Shown: piece by piece, positions 40,354-51,300 of the stretch
How positions within the stretch are numbered: position 1 is the first letter of the stretch
How the letters are laid out: every line of letters starts with the position of its first letter
NCBI GenBank assembly: GCA_963675755.2
Contig: CAXXMD010000003.1
Span: 320,001 to 384,000, forward strand
DNA length: 64,000 bases
Reading direction: 5' to 3'
Origin: a bacterium
Lineage (GTDB): Bacteria; Zhuqueibacterota; Zhuqueibacteria; Residuimicrobiales; Krinioviventaceae
Translations under genes and position numbers: made by a program
Notes under the pieces: model-generated
Seen by the model: only the letters and a program-made list of their open reading frames with translations
Told to the model about the DNA's origin: nothing
Database searches by the model: none

Positions 40354-41283
40354 ATGAGTAATGTATTGGTAGTTGGATCAATGGCATACGATTCAGTTGA
40401 AACACCGCAGGCCAAAGTAGACCGTGCCCTGGGTGGTTCAGCCACATTTTTCTCTGCTGCAGCAGGTAATTTTGCACCTGTGAACCTGGTTGCCGTTGTG
40501 GGAGAAGACTTTGATCATAACGACATTGCCTTTTTAAAAGATAAACAGGTCAACCTGGACGGCCTTACAACCGAACCGGGAAAAACCTTTTTCTGGGCCG
40601 GAAGGTACCTGGAAAACATGAACGACCGGGAAACATTGGATACCCAGTTGAACGTTTTTGAAAAATTTGATCCGGTTCTTCCCGAATCTTATCGCAACAG
40701 CGAATATGTATTTCTCGCCAATATCATGCCCGAACTGCAAACCAAAGTCGTAGAGCAGATCAAAAAACCCAAATTTGTTGCAATGGATACTATGAATTTC
40801 TGGATCACCGGTGCGCTTGATCCATTAAAAACCATTTTATCCAAAGTGGATGCGCTTGTGATCAATGATTCGGAAGTACAGTTATTATCCGGCAAGAACA
40901 ATATCTTTACCGGCGCACGTATCATCCAGGAAATGGGTCCTAAAACCCTGATCATCAAAAAAGGTGAACATGGCGCAATTCTGGTCCATAATGACAACTA
41001 TTTCACATGTCCGGCAATACCGGTAGAAAATCTGTTCGATCCCACAGGCGCTGGCGATACCTTTGCAGGTGGACTCATGGGTTACCTGGCAATGACCGAC
41101 AATGTAAACGAAGAAAATCTGCGCCGCGCCATGATTATGGCAACTACAATGGCCTCTTTTTGCGTTGAAGCGTTCAGTGTAGATCGTCTCAAAGGCCTTG
41201 AAAAAACGGAAATCCAGGAACGCGTTCACAAGCTGCTCAATCTTATTCATGTAGAATATGATAACGACTGGGTTAAACTATGA
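40354..41283 (+). CDS. PfkB family carbohydrate/nucleoside kinase
   Basis: LGGSA, KKGEHG, DPTGAGDTFAGG. Confidence 0.92.
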   Translation: MSNVLVVGSMAYDSVETPQAKVDRALGGSATFFSAAAGNFAPVNLVAVVGEDFDHNDIAFLKDKQVNLDGLTTEPGKTFFWAGRYLENMNDRETLDTQLNVFEKFDPVLPESYRNSEYVFLANIMPELQTKVVEQIKKPKFVAMDTMNFWITGALDPLKTILSKVDALVINDSEVQLLSGKNNIFTGARIIQEMGPKTLIIKKGEHGAILVHNDNYFTCPAIPVENLFDPTGAGDTFAGGLMGYLAMTDNVNEENLRRAMIMATTMASFCVEAFSVDRLKGLEKTEIQERVHKLLNLIHVEYDNDWVKL

Positions 41284-41699
41284 GCATAGTTACGGAAACC
41301 ATTACCGTTTCCACTCGCGGCAATACAGACATTCACGACATTACCCGTCAGGCCGCAGATAAATTAAAATCCTGTGGATTGACAGCAGGAACCGTTACCT
41401 TTTTTGTATCCGGTTCCACCGCAGGTCTGACAACGGTTGAATTTGAACCGGGATTAATGCAGGACCTGCCCGAGATGTTTGACAAGATTGCCCCCAAAGG
41501 CATACCTTATCACCACGATGCAACCTGGGGCGATGGGAATGGCCACTCTCATGTACGGGCATCACTACTGGGACCGTCATTAACTGTTCCCTTTGTAAAC
41601 GGCAGCATGATGCTGGGCACGTGGCAACAGATCATTTTGATCGATTTTGATAACCGGTCGCGTAACCGCGATATTGTAATGCAAATCATGGGCGAATAA
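41280..41699 (+). CDS. YjbQ (UPF0047) family protein
   Basis: GSTAGL, NGHSH.RASL.G, LGTWQ.I. Confidence 0.9.
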   Translation: MSIVTETITVSTRGNTDIHDITRQAADKLKSCGLTAGTVTFFVSGSTAGLTTVEFEPGLMQDLPEMFDKIAPKGIPYHHDATWGDGNGHSHVRASLLGPSLTVPFVNGSMMLGTWQQIILIDFDNRSRNRDIVMQIMGE

Positions 41700-41723
41700 C
41701 CGCCTTTTTATAGATTAGGATTC

Positions 41724-41749
41724 AGCCCTGCTTCGGCAGGGCTTTTTTT
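41724..41749 (+). terminator. Rho-independent terminator
   Basis: AGCCCTGC-TTCG-GCAGGGCT followed by a T run. Confidence 0.85.
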
Positions 41750-41752
41750 ACG

Positions 41753-42520
41753 ATGATAGAGATCAGAAACCTCACATTCTCATTCAACAGCCATGAGGAA
41801 AAGCGCACCATCCTCAATAATATTAATCTGGATTTCCATCCGGGTGAATCTGTGGTTATCATGGGACCCAATGGCTCCGGTAAATCCACACTTGCGCGCT
41901 GTCTGAACGGATTGCACCTGCCGGATTCCGGCACAGTCTCGGTGGACGGAATGCTCACCACAGACGAGAAACAATTGCTCGACATTCGCAGACAGGTGGG
42001 CATGGTATTCCAAAATCCGGACAACCAGATCGTTTCCGCAACAGTTGAACGCGAGATTGCGTTCGGCCTGGAAAACCTGGGCATTCCTTATGAAGAGATG
42101 CGAGAGATTGTAGATGCCAAGCTGCATGAATTTGATCTGTATCCCTACCGCACCCAATCACCGCATTATTTATCCGGTGGAGAGAAACAGCGTTTGGCCC
42201 TGGCCGCGGTACTGGCTATGGAACCGGAATACCTGGTTCTGGACGAGCCCACATCTCTGCTTGATCCCTATAACCGCAAAAGTATTCTGGATATTATTCA
42301 GTACCTCAACAAACGTGAGGACAATCCCCTTGCAACCATCCTCATCACCCAGTTCCCGGACGAAGCCCTCACCGCAGATCGATTGGTAATCGTCCACAAG
42401 GGAGAAATTTTCATGGACGACAAACCGGACACCCTTTTCAAACAGGTAGACACCCTGCTCGAGATCGGGCTCGAACCTCCGGTGCAGTATGTGCTGGAGA
42501 GGTTGTCAGCCGGGGCCTGA
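41753..42520 (+). CDS. ECF transporter ATPase (EcfA1-like)
   Basis: GPNGSGKST, VFQNPDNQIV, AFGLEN, LSGGEKQR, LDEPT. Confidence 0.88.
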   Translation: MIEIRNLTFSFNSHEEKRTILNNINLDFHPGESVVIMGPNGSGKSTLARCLNGLHLPDSGTVSVDGMLTTDEKQLLDIRRQVGMVFQNPDNQIVSATVEREIAFGLENLGIPYEEMREIVDAKLHEFDLYPYRTQSPHYLSGGEKQRLALAAVLAMEPEYLVLDEPTSLLDPYNRKSILDIIQYLNKREDNPLATILITQFPDEALTADRLVIVHKGEIFMDDKPDTLFKQVDTLLEIGLEPPVQYVLERLSAGA

Positions 42521-43155
42521 GTATTCGCCAAAGGCGAATGTATCGAAGGCCCGATACAAAACGATCACGTCTAATCGTAACACAGATATCTGTATTACGG
42601 AACATTATTTAGGGACATTTGTTCCGAAAAAACCAATTCCCCAACATGATCGTGACACAGATGTCTGTGTCACGGAACTTTCTTTCGGGATATTTATCCC
42701 AAAAGGGTCTCCCCCCAAGTCCTAAAACAATCAACAAATCCCATCAGTTTTTCATCCGTGTGTCGATCCGTGGCTAACCATATTCCCATGACGGAGAACA
42801 CTGTCGTTTATCTCCGTCACAATCAAATTTGCATGCATCTTACCTCCCGGAGGTCAGACAAACCTCCGGGAGGTTAGTTCGTCGTCTGATCGCGTGATCG
42901 CGACACAGATGTCTGTGTCACGGAATATTACTTAGGGACATTTGTCCCGAAAATAAGCCCCCAATTCTAGAAATGATCCATTGAATCCATCCGTCCCGAT
43001 CCGTGGCTAAATCTTTCCCCATGACGGAGAACACTGTCGCTTAACTCCGTCACGATCAAATTTGTATTCAGTGATCAGAAAAAATCGACGCCTACACCCT
43101 GATCGTGACACAGATGTCTGTGTCACGGAATATTACTTTGGGACATTTATCCCAA
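42513..43155. repeat. Mixed palindrome cluster: type-C hairpins, inverted A-like hairpins and other inverted repeats
   Basis: C (GATCGTGACACAGATGTCTGTGTCACG) at 42573, 42648, 42896, 43101. Inverted A-like at 42787, 43020. ACCTCCCGGAGGT-N7-ACCTCCGGGAGGT at 42842. Confidence 0.9.
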
Positions 43156-43317
43156 AAACTTTTCACTCTCTTAAACCAATAACAACTCACATCTGTAACG
43201 AATCATATTTTTCAGTATAAAAAACAATCATCCTCCAATATAAATCAAGAAATCATATTTCACTTTGACATTTAAAAAACTATTAATATTTTATTATATA
43301 TAAACGAGGGGATTATT

Positions 43318-44373
43318 ATGTTTAAATTCAATTCTTATATTGCATTACTTTTATTTGTTATGCTGTTGTCCTGCGGCAAAAACTCGACAGAACCCAATAA
43401 CGATACAAAAGATACCGATGAACCGGTTTTCCTGCCTCAAAATGGAACATGGCAAACAATCCAGTCACCTACAAGTAAAGATCTGCAAAATATAGTATTC
43501 TCAAGCTCACAGGTGGGTTGGGCAAACTCGCTTGGAACAGTAATAAAAACAACCGATGGGGGTGCAAGCTGGCAAACAATTAAAGAAATAACGACGCCTC
43601 CTTATTTAAATTCAATTCAATTCTTAAATGACCAGATTGGCTGGGTAGGTACAAGTGACAGCCTGATACTCAAAACAACTGACGGGGGAACAACCTGGAC
43701 TACAATTTCAGTCCCGGAACGAGGCTGTCAAATAGTAACCTTTATAAATAAAAATGTGGGATGGGTTGGCGGATGGGGTTCAGGAATATTAAAAACTGAG
43801 GACGCAGGTACGACATGGACAAAACAGCTGGATATTGGAGAATGGGAACGTATTCAGGATATTTTTTTCATTGATGAACTGAATGGATGGGCGACTTGTT
43901 TATATTACTGGTATGGTACAGGTCCGGAGCCTGAAGTTACAATAACAGACGGGTATGTATTTAAAACCACCGATGGCGGGCAAAACTGGATCAAAATTGA
44001 ATTAAACAATGATCCATTTGCTATTTCATCAATACATTTTTTTGACAATAACGCTGGTATTCTCAATGCAAATGGTATCAAAAAATCGAGTGATAGCGGC
44101 CTGTCATGGCACGACACAAACAGCATTCAATCGTCCGATGCGGTCTTTTTTATAGATAATCAATATGGCTGGATATCAGGCTATGATACAAATTCCAATG
44201 TTTTCACAATTGGTGTTACCACAAATGGCGGAGAGACGTGGGAATACATGAACGATGTCATTCAGGATGTAAGTCACAAAATAAATTCAATATTCTTTCA
44301 TGACAGCACCAATGGTTGGGCTGTAGGTAATACCGGCACAATATTAAAATACATTCCACCGGTAAACAACTAG
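43318..44373 (+). CDS. YCF48/BNR-repeat beta-propeller lipoprotein
   Basis: Lipobox LLSC; repeated F.....GW ... KTTDGG.TW. Confidence 0.85.
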   Translation: MFKFNSYIALLLFVMLLSCGKNSTEPNNDTKDTDEPVFLPQNGTWQTIQSPTSKDLQNIVFSSSQVGWANSLGTVIKTTDGGASWQTIKEITTPPYLNSIQFLNDQIGWVGTSDSLILKTTDGGTTWTTISVPERGCQIVTFINKNVGWVGGWGSGILKTEDAGTTWTKQLDIGEWERIQDIFFIDELNGWATCLYYWYGTGPEPEVTITDGYVFKTTDGGQNWIKIELNNDPFAISSIHFFDNNAGILNANGIKKSSDSGLSWHDTNSIQSSDAVFFIDNQYGWISGYDTNSNVFTIGVTTNGGETWEYMNDVIQDVSHKINSIFFHDSTNGWAVGNTGTILKYIPPVNN

Positions 44374-44568
44374 CAAAACCAGTTATTCACTATTTTCACG
44401 GTATTAGTTTGCCGTGAATTTCAAGAGGGTTACTTGTTCGCGAAACAGATATTTCGGTAAACACTAAAGTGTGATCTACATATTTATTCGTTTTTTGTAG
44501 AATGAAATTCATTTTGTTTGTACGCCACAGGCGTACCTGGAGTCAATCATATAAAAGCTACTAACCAT

Positions 44569-44859
44569 GATAGTGACACAGATGTCTGTGTCTCGGAATA
44601 TTACTTAGGGACATTTGTCCCGAAAACAAGCTCCAATTCCAGAAATAATCCATTGAATCCATCTGTGTTTCATCCGCGTAAACCCCATGATCGTGACACA
44701 GATGTCTGTGTCACGGAACATTATCCAGGGACATTTGTCCCAAAACAAAATCCCAATTCCAGAAATGTTCCATTGAACCCATCCGTGTTTCATCCGTGTC
44801 GATCTGTGGCTATATCTTTTCCCGTGCCAGAGAACTCTTCGTTTATCTCCGCCACACTC
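44569..44859 (+). repeat. Two type-C hairpin units (120-bp period) plus a degenerate inverted A-like hairpin
   Basis: C at 44569 and 44689, each followed by GGGACATTTGTCCC. Degenerate inverted copy at 44823-44859. Confidence 0.88.
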
Positions 44860-44975
44860 AAAATCTTTACTGATTACTGACAACTGATGGCTGATAACTG
44901 TTTCCCCATCACTACCTTTGCCATATCCAACGGCCAGTTGTCAGTAAAGGCCCGGAGCAGAACGCTCACACTATC

Positions 44976-45755
44976 CTACGGCAAATCCCCAAAACCGTAA
45001 AACTTCAACCCGATCTCTTCAGCATATTTCAAAATTGCCTCCAATGCATCGGGTGTTATATAATTTTTCGGTCCCTCGGTATGGTTCTCGCGTATATCAT
45101 GCGCGTACAAGACCAGTATCTCATTGTTCTGTTTAGCCCTGTCCATAGCCGCAAAAGTCTGTTTCAAAATATCATCATCGAGCGAATGCGGATGACAACT
45201 CGCTCCCAACAAGGTCATTTTAGCATACACATTGGCAATGGGAGTAAATAAAAGCGAATTGTCTTTCATCTCTACACCGGATTGTGAACCACCCCCGCGC
45301 ATATAATCAAAATACGCAAACAAGGCCGTGTCCGTTACCGTGTTCCGATTGGAATTGGGATACGCAAAACACATGGGCTCAAATCCATGCTGTTTCATAG
45401 CATCCAGAGCAGGCACTATCTCTTGCGCCAGATATTCCTCCATCGAATGTTCCACTATAAATTCTGCGGCTTTCCGGTGCCGTAGACTATGACATCCAAT
45501 GGTATGTCCTTTTTTACGCAAATGTTTTAATGCCTCAATCTGTTCCGGTGTTATTGTGTCGAACCGGTCCACAAAAAACGTACATCTCGCTCCATATTGT
45601 TCAAACAACGGAATGTGCTTTTCCCAATTGATCATATTCCGATCATCAAAGGTCATCAACACTCCGGGAGCAGACAATTCAGCTGCGTTGATTCTTATTA
45701 TCATTAAAAACAGTAAACCAGAAACGAACAAAAGAAATTTATTTATTTTTATCAT
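44976..45755 (-). CDS. Secreted polysaccharide deacetylase (CE4/NodB)
   Basis: MTFDD, CTFFV, GCHSLRH, FAYP, VLYAH. Confidence 0.88.
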   Translation of the reverse strand: MIKINKFLLFVSGLLFLMIIRINAAELSAPGVLMTFDDRNMINWEKHIPLFEQYGARCTFFVDRFDTITPEQIEALKHLRKKGHTIGCHSLRHRKAAEFIVEHSMEEYLAQEIVPALDAMKQHGFEPMCFAYPNSNRNTVTDTALFAYFDYMRGGGSQSGVEMKDNSLLFTPIANVYAKMTLLGASCHPHSLDDDILKQTFAAMDRAKQNNEILVLYAHDIRENHTEGPKNYITPDALEAILKYAEEIGLKFYGFGDLP

Positions 45756-45818
45756 TCAAAATCCAATATATTAAAGTCTTTTTATAAACTACTTACAACT
45801 GACCACTCAAAACCTTTA

Positions 45819-46700
45819 TTATTTCCTTACCACTACCTTTTCCATCCCAGCCTGCCACCAGTCATCCAATGCCGGATTGCGCAGGCTCCGAATCGCGTTG
45901 CCTCCTGTTGCCTTGTTCATCTCCAGAACTGCAGATATTGTCTCTTCCGTAAACATGCCCGCCTCCACGATGATATTCCCATCCGGCCGGATTATTCGAC
46001 TCTGTCCGTGCGACATCATGGCAGGACTGTTTGCCTGCACAATATAGACATTGTTCTCAACCGCGCGTGCGCAGATTTGATAACGATACGGCTCGAGCTT
46101 GCTCTCTGCCTTGACATCAGATTCACTCGAGATATAAAACACAAGCCGCGCGCCCGCCAATACCGGCAAACGAACCAGCTCGGGATAGCGCTCATCATGA
46201 CAAATAATAATAGAACAGGGTATTCTATCAATATAAAATACAGACATGACCTCGCCGGCAGCGGCCCAGTCGTCTCCGCCTACCAATTGTATTTTGGCAT
46301 AACGTTCTATGATTTTGCCATCAGGATTAAAAACTACTGCGGTGTTATAACGCACACCGTTAGAATCAAAAGGAGTACCCACAACTGCATAAATATTATT
46401 TACATCACAGGCTTTTGCAATGTCATCCTCGGCACGCAAAAGCTGTTCAGCTGTTGCACTGTTGATCACCTCTTTATCGTATCCTGTAATCACACACTCT
46501 TCAAAAACCACAACACGAACACCCTGTTCAGCACAGGCTGCAATCTTTTCTACAATGGCTTTTGTGTTTTCAATTACCGAACCCCGTGTTTGTATTTGTA
46601 CTGCTGCCACGTGCAGCAACGGTCCCTCTGTATTAGCAAAGGAACATGACAGCAAAAGTAAAACCATACAGGCTGAAATAAAAAATCTGTTATTCATCAT
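45819..46700 (-). CDS. Carbon-nitrogen hydrolase (nitrilase superfamily) with signal peptide
   Basis: VVFEEC, YNTA, YAKIQL, IICHDERYPE, ARAVEN. Confidence 0.9.
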   Translation of the reverse strand: MMNNRFFISACMVLLLLSCSFANTEGPLLHVAAVQIQTRGSVIENTKAIVEKIAACAEQGVRVVVFEECVITGYDKEVINSATAEQLLRAEDDIAKACDVNNIYAVVGTPFDSNGVRYNTAVVFNPDGKIIERYAKIQLVGGDDWAAAGEVMSVFYIDRIPCSIIICHDERYPELVRLPVLAGARLVFYISSESDVKAESKLEPYRYQICARAVENNVYIVQANSPAMMSHGQSRIIRPDGNIIVEAGMFTEETISAVLEMNKATGGNAIRSLRNPALDDWWQAGMEKVVVRK

Positions 46701-46837
46701 CCGGGTCCTTTATAAAAGAATTAAATAATGATAACAGATTCTTTATTAAATAGCAAGAGGATTTATAATGCCTTATCCCATCTATCATTACTCAGGATGC
46801 ATCCCCCCTATTCCATCTGACTACTGATAACTGACTA

Positions 46838-48340
46838 CTACTTGTAATCAATCCCCCGTCTTTCCAGCAAGGTACCTTCCATCTGGTACAGGTTGACCAG
46901 AGCATTGAGATAATCCACCATAGCTCTGGCTTCATCCAGTTGACTGGAGGTATATTCACGCTGTGCCTGTAAAACCAAATAGTTTGTGGATTTTCCCACG
47001 CGAAACTTTTCCAGTTCCGCGTCCAGCTTGCTGGCCTGCAACTCGCGCGTAATAATAGTGGCGCTTATCTGCTGACGCGCGCGTTCCACCTCAACAAACG
47101 CGCCGCGGACATCCCACTCGACGAGTTGTTTCATATTATCAAGAGAAATTTCCATTTGTTCATGCGACCACTTGGCCCGGGCTAAGCGCGCGCGTGCCTG
47201 ACGATTGGGAACCGGAAATTCAAAATTCACACCCATATTTACATCGTAATAAGGACTGCGAATCTTGGGCATACTCTGCTCAAAAGATTCTGCATAAGTA
47301 GAGCGGCCCAGGGAAATAAAGAAATCCAGTCTGGGCAGCAAGCCGTTTTTTGTACGGGTAATATCCAGCTCGCCCTGCTGCAGCTCGTATTTGGCCTGGC
47401 GAAGATCTGACCGAAATTCCAATCCCGCTTCTACATGCAGCTCTACAGCATCCAGCGTATCTACCGGAATAAAAGGACGGTCAGTGGGTCGGGGAACTAA
47501 ACTCCAGGCATTCCGCGCAGAGGGATTCAAGAGATAAAGAAACTGCAATCTTGCCTGTTCATAATTACTTTGCGCGTCTATCAATGCAGATTTACGGGTA
47601 GAAACTTCCGCATGCACGGCTGCAAGCTCCAATTCCGGCAAACGACCTACTGTTACTCGCTCAATGGATTCCTGCAACTGTTTCTCTGCCAATTCAAGGG
47701 ATTGGTGTTGTATATCGATTGCCTGTTTGGCAAGATATAAACTCCAATAGGCGTTCTCAACACTGGCAACGGTTTCTTCTGCAACAGCTTTAAATTCTGC
47801 ATCCGATATATCCACATCCAAACGTGCACGTCGTAGATCTGCCATGTTCACACCCAGCCCGAATCCACGTAAAATCGCCTGAGTAACGGTTATATTCATA
47901 TTACCGGTATATTGATCGGTATATATATTGGAAATTGAACTGTTTAGCGTATAGTTGGCAGAAACATTTGTACCGGTTGGTAAGTTCTGGGACAAAGTCG
48001 CTTCATAAGAGGATCGTTCTGACAACAATTCATAAGCCGTTCGCTGTGCACCCAAAAATCGCTGTGTTTTGCTTTCTGTCCGGGTGCCACCGGCAGACAA
48101 TACAGGATCATAAGTAGATTTTTCCTGCATAACAAAAGTCTCTGCAATTAGCGGATCTAAACGCTGAATTCGAATGGAGGGATTGTTATCCAACGCAATA
48201 GTTATTGCCTTTCTCAGGTCAAGAAACAAGGTGTCATCCTGAATGGTAACCTTTTCGTTTGTTTCCTGTGACCAGGTTATTCCGGCAAGCAAGACCAATA
48301 AAATTGTATTAATATATATATTGTTCATCTTTTTCATCAC
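46838..48340 (-). CDS. TolC family outer-membrane efflux protein
   Basis: ALDNNP, duplicated OEP halves, last gene of RND operon. Confidence 0.92.
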   Translation of the reverse strand: MMKKMNNIYINTILLVLLAGITWSQETNEKVTIQDDTLFLDLRKAITIALDNNPSIRIQRLDPLIAETFVMQEKSTYDPVLSAGGTRTESKTQRFLGAQRTAYELLSERSSYEATLSQNLPTGTNVSANYTLNSSISNIYTDQYTGNMNITVTQAILRGFGLGVNMADLRRARLDVDISDAEFKAVAEETVASVENAYWSLYLAKQAIDIQHQSLELAEKQLQESIERVTVGRLPELELAAVHAEVSTRKSALIDAQSNYEQARLQFLYLLNPSARNAWSLVPRPTDRPFIPVDTLDAVELHVEAGLEFRSDLRQAKYELQQGELDITRTKNGLLPRLDFFISLGRSTYAESFEQSMPKIRSPYYDVNMGVNFEFPVPNRQARARLARAKWSHEQMEISLDNMKQLVEWDVRGAFVEVERARQQISATIITRELQASKLDAELEKFRVGKSTNYLVLQAQREYTSSQLDEARAMVDYLNALVNLYQMEGTLLERRGIDYK

Positions 48341-51300
48341 GAATGTCTGGTCCTTTCTTTTTCGAATATTGAATACACCACAGGGATCAGCACCAATGTG
48401 ATCAGAGTAGAGCTCAACAATCCGCCAATTACCACTCGGGCCAGAGGCGCCTGGGCTTCACCACCTTCTCCCAAACCAAAAGAAAGGGGAAGCAAGCCTA
48501 ATGCAGTTGTCAGAGTTGTCATGATAATAGGACGTAAACGTCTTGCACCGGCGGTTTTAATTGCTTCCAAAAGAGGTACGCCATGCTTGTCCCGCAATTG
48601 GTTGGTATAATCCACCAAAAGAATGGCATTGTTCACCACAATTCCGGCAAGCATAATACACCCAATAAATGCCTGCATGGTAAACATGGTGCCGGTCAAA
48701 ATCATGGTCAAGACCACACCAATCAATGCCATGGGGATGGAAAACAATACAATAAATGGATCTCGAAATGATTCAAACTGTCCCGCCATAACCAGGTATA
48801 CCAGAAAAATAGCCAGGATCAAGCCAAACATAAGCTCACGATACGAACGCTGCTGCTCTTCATAATCACTGCCAAATACCACAGCAAAATCTCGGGGAAC
48901 CGGAATTTTCTGCAACTCTTTACGTATATCCGCAACAACAGATCCCATATCACGCTCGGCAATATTGGCATCAATAGAGATAATGCGCTCCTGGTCTTTA
49001 CGCTCAATTCGGGCCGGACCTTCTTTTGCTTCGGTACTGATAACATTTCGCAAAATAACCGGTTCGCCCCGGTTATTGTTCACGGTAATATCCATCAGTC
49101 CTTCCATATCCTGACGACCTTCACGATTCAAACGGACCAAAATGCGGTATTCCTTACCACCTTCACGATAATAAGACGCATATGTACCGCCAATAACGGT
49201 TTCCAGTGCCTCACCAATTCGGGATACGGTCAAACCCAGATCTGCCGCTTTCTGACGATCAATGATTACCAGTTCTTCAGGACTTCCCTCTTCACGACTG
49301 ATACGGGTATCGGTAATACCGTTAACCCGCTGGACGGCCTCATTTACCTGCTGGGCCAGGGCCTGTGCGGTTTCCAGATTGTATCCACGTACTTCAACGG
49401 TTATACTTTCAGCATCTCCCGTTCCCATACGCAGCAAAAACAATCCCTGTCCTACACGGGTACGGATGGTTACACCGGGTATGCTGGTTAATTTTTTACG
49501 CAGGTCAATGGCAATATCATCACTACTGCGTGAACGCTCGGCTTTGGGTACCAGAGTTACTCTAACCTCGCCAGTATGCCCACCGGATGACCGCCTTCCA
49601 CCGCCGCCAACCATGGTCAATACAGATATTTTTTCAGGCACTTCACTATTTATTATTTCTTCAACCTGTCTTGTAATTTCATCCAATATTTCATAACGGG
49701 TGCCCACCTCCATTTCAAGATTCACACGCACTTCGCCTTCATCAGCAGCAGGCATCAGTTCAACACCTATGAACCTAATCATAAAAACAGACAGGATGAA
49801 CAATACGGCCATAGAGCCAACCACCCATTTTTTACGGTTAAGGGCTTTTTGTAAAAAGTCCGAATAAAATGTTTCAAAATCCTGAAACCATTTTTCGCTT
49901 CTATCATAAATCCGTTGTAACAACTTGTGTTCCCTGTCACCGGGTTTACGGAAACGTAAAAATCGGGATGACAGCATAGGAATAAGGGTCAATGCCACAA
50001 TCAAAGAACACAGTAGAGAAAAGCTAACCACATATGCCATCTGCTGGAACATGATACCGGACATGCCCCGAATAAAAATCACCGGAAAGAACACAACCAA
50101 TGTTGTCAATGTACTGGCAAGAATTGCCGACCACACCTCGGATGTTCCTGTTAAAGCGCTGTTTATGGGATCCATCCCCTCTTCCCTGTGCCGGTAAATA
50201 TTTTCCAGCACCACAATGGAATTGTCAACAAGCATACCTATACCCAGCGCAAGCCCGCCAAAGGTGATAATGTTTAGCGTAAAGTCCCCGAAATACATGA
50301 GCGCAAAGGTTGCCACCACAGAGATGGGTATTGCCGTTGCAATAATAGCCGTACTGGAAACATTGCGCAGGAACACAAACAGGATCAATATTGCCAAAAA
50401 ACCACCCACAAGTGTTGAATTACCCACATTGTTGATGGAGCGTTTAATATATACCGAAGTATCAATAAGGGGAACCAGCTCAATTTGGGGGATATCTCTA
50501 TTGATACGTTCCATTTCTTTTTTCAATTCTTCTGCAGCCTTGACCGTATTGGCGCCGGATTGCTTGTTTACGGATATCCGTAAACCCGCTTTGCCATTCA
50601 CACGATATAAACGTCGCACTTCTTCCCATGAATCTTCAATTTGTGCAACATCACGAATACGAATAGGGGTACCTTCACGGATCGTAATAACCGTATTGCG
50701 GATCTGGTCCAGGCTGGTAAATTCACCCTGGGTACGAATCAATACGTCCATTTTACCTTTTTCAAGCAAACCTGCCGGTATATTTCGGTTTTCATTACGA
50801 AGCGCGGTCAGAATATCGTTGGGTGATAATCCCAGCGATTTCAGCTTTTCCGCCTGCAAATCCACATGGATCTCTCGCATCAAACCGCCATAAATATTCA
50901 AAGCCGCTACACCCGGTACACGCTCTATACGATATTTCACCTGATCTTCAACAATCTGTCTTAAATCCAGAGGATTCAGATTGCTTGATACACCAAAGAT
51001 CATAATTGGAAACGCAGACAAGTCAAATTTGCGGATCTGGGGACGTTCAATATCATCGGGTAAACGTCCCATAACCCGGTCTACACGGTCACGGATATCA
51101 TTCGCGGCAACATCCAGATCGCTGCCCCAGGCAAAAGAGACACGTACGCGGCTGTTCCCCTCTGTTGAGGTAGAGGTTATTTCCTCCACTCCCTGAACAG
51201 CGGCAATAGCCTCTTCTATAGGTCGGGTTACCAGTTCTTCCATTTCCTGGGGTCCTATATTACCATAAGAAGTAGATACCGATATGGTAGGATAGGTTAT

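Noticed and set aside
42573-44859. Integron attC cassette array
   Set aside because: No RYYYAAC/GTTRRRY boxes at gene ends and no integron integrase in the window.
44518-44883. ORFs 44518-44880 and 44605-44883
   Set aside because: Composed of type-C repeat units; open by chance because of the 120-bp period.
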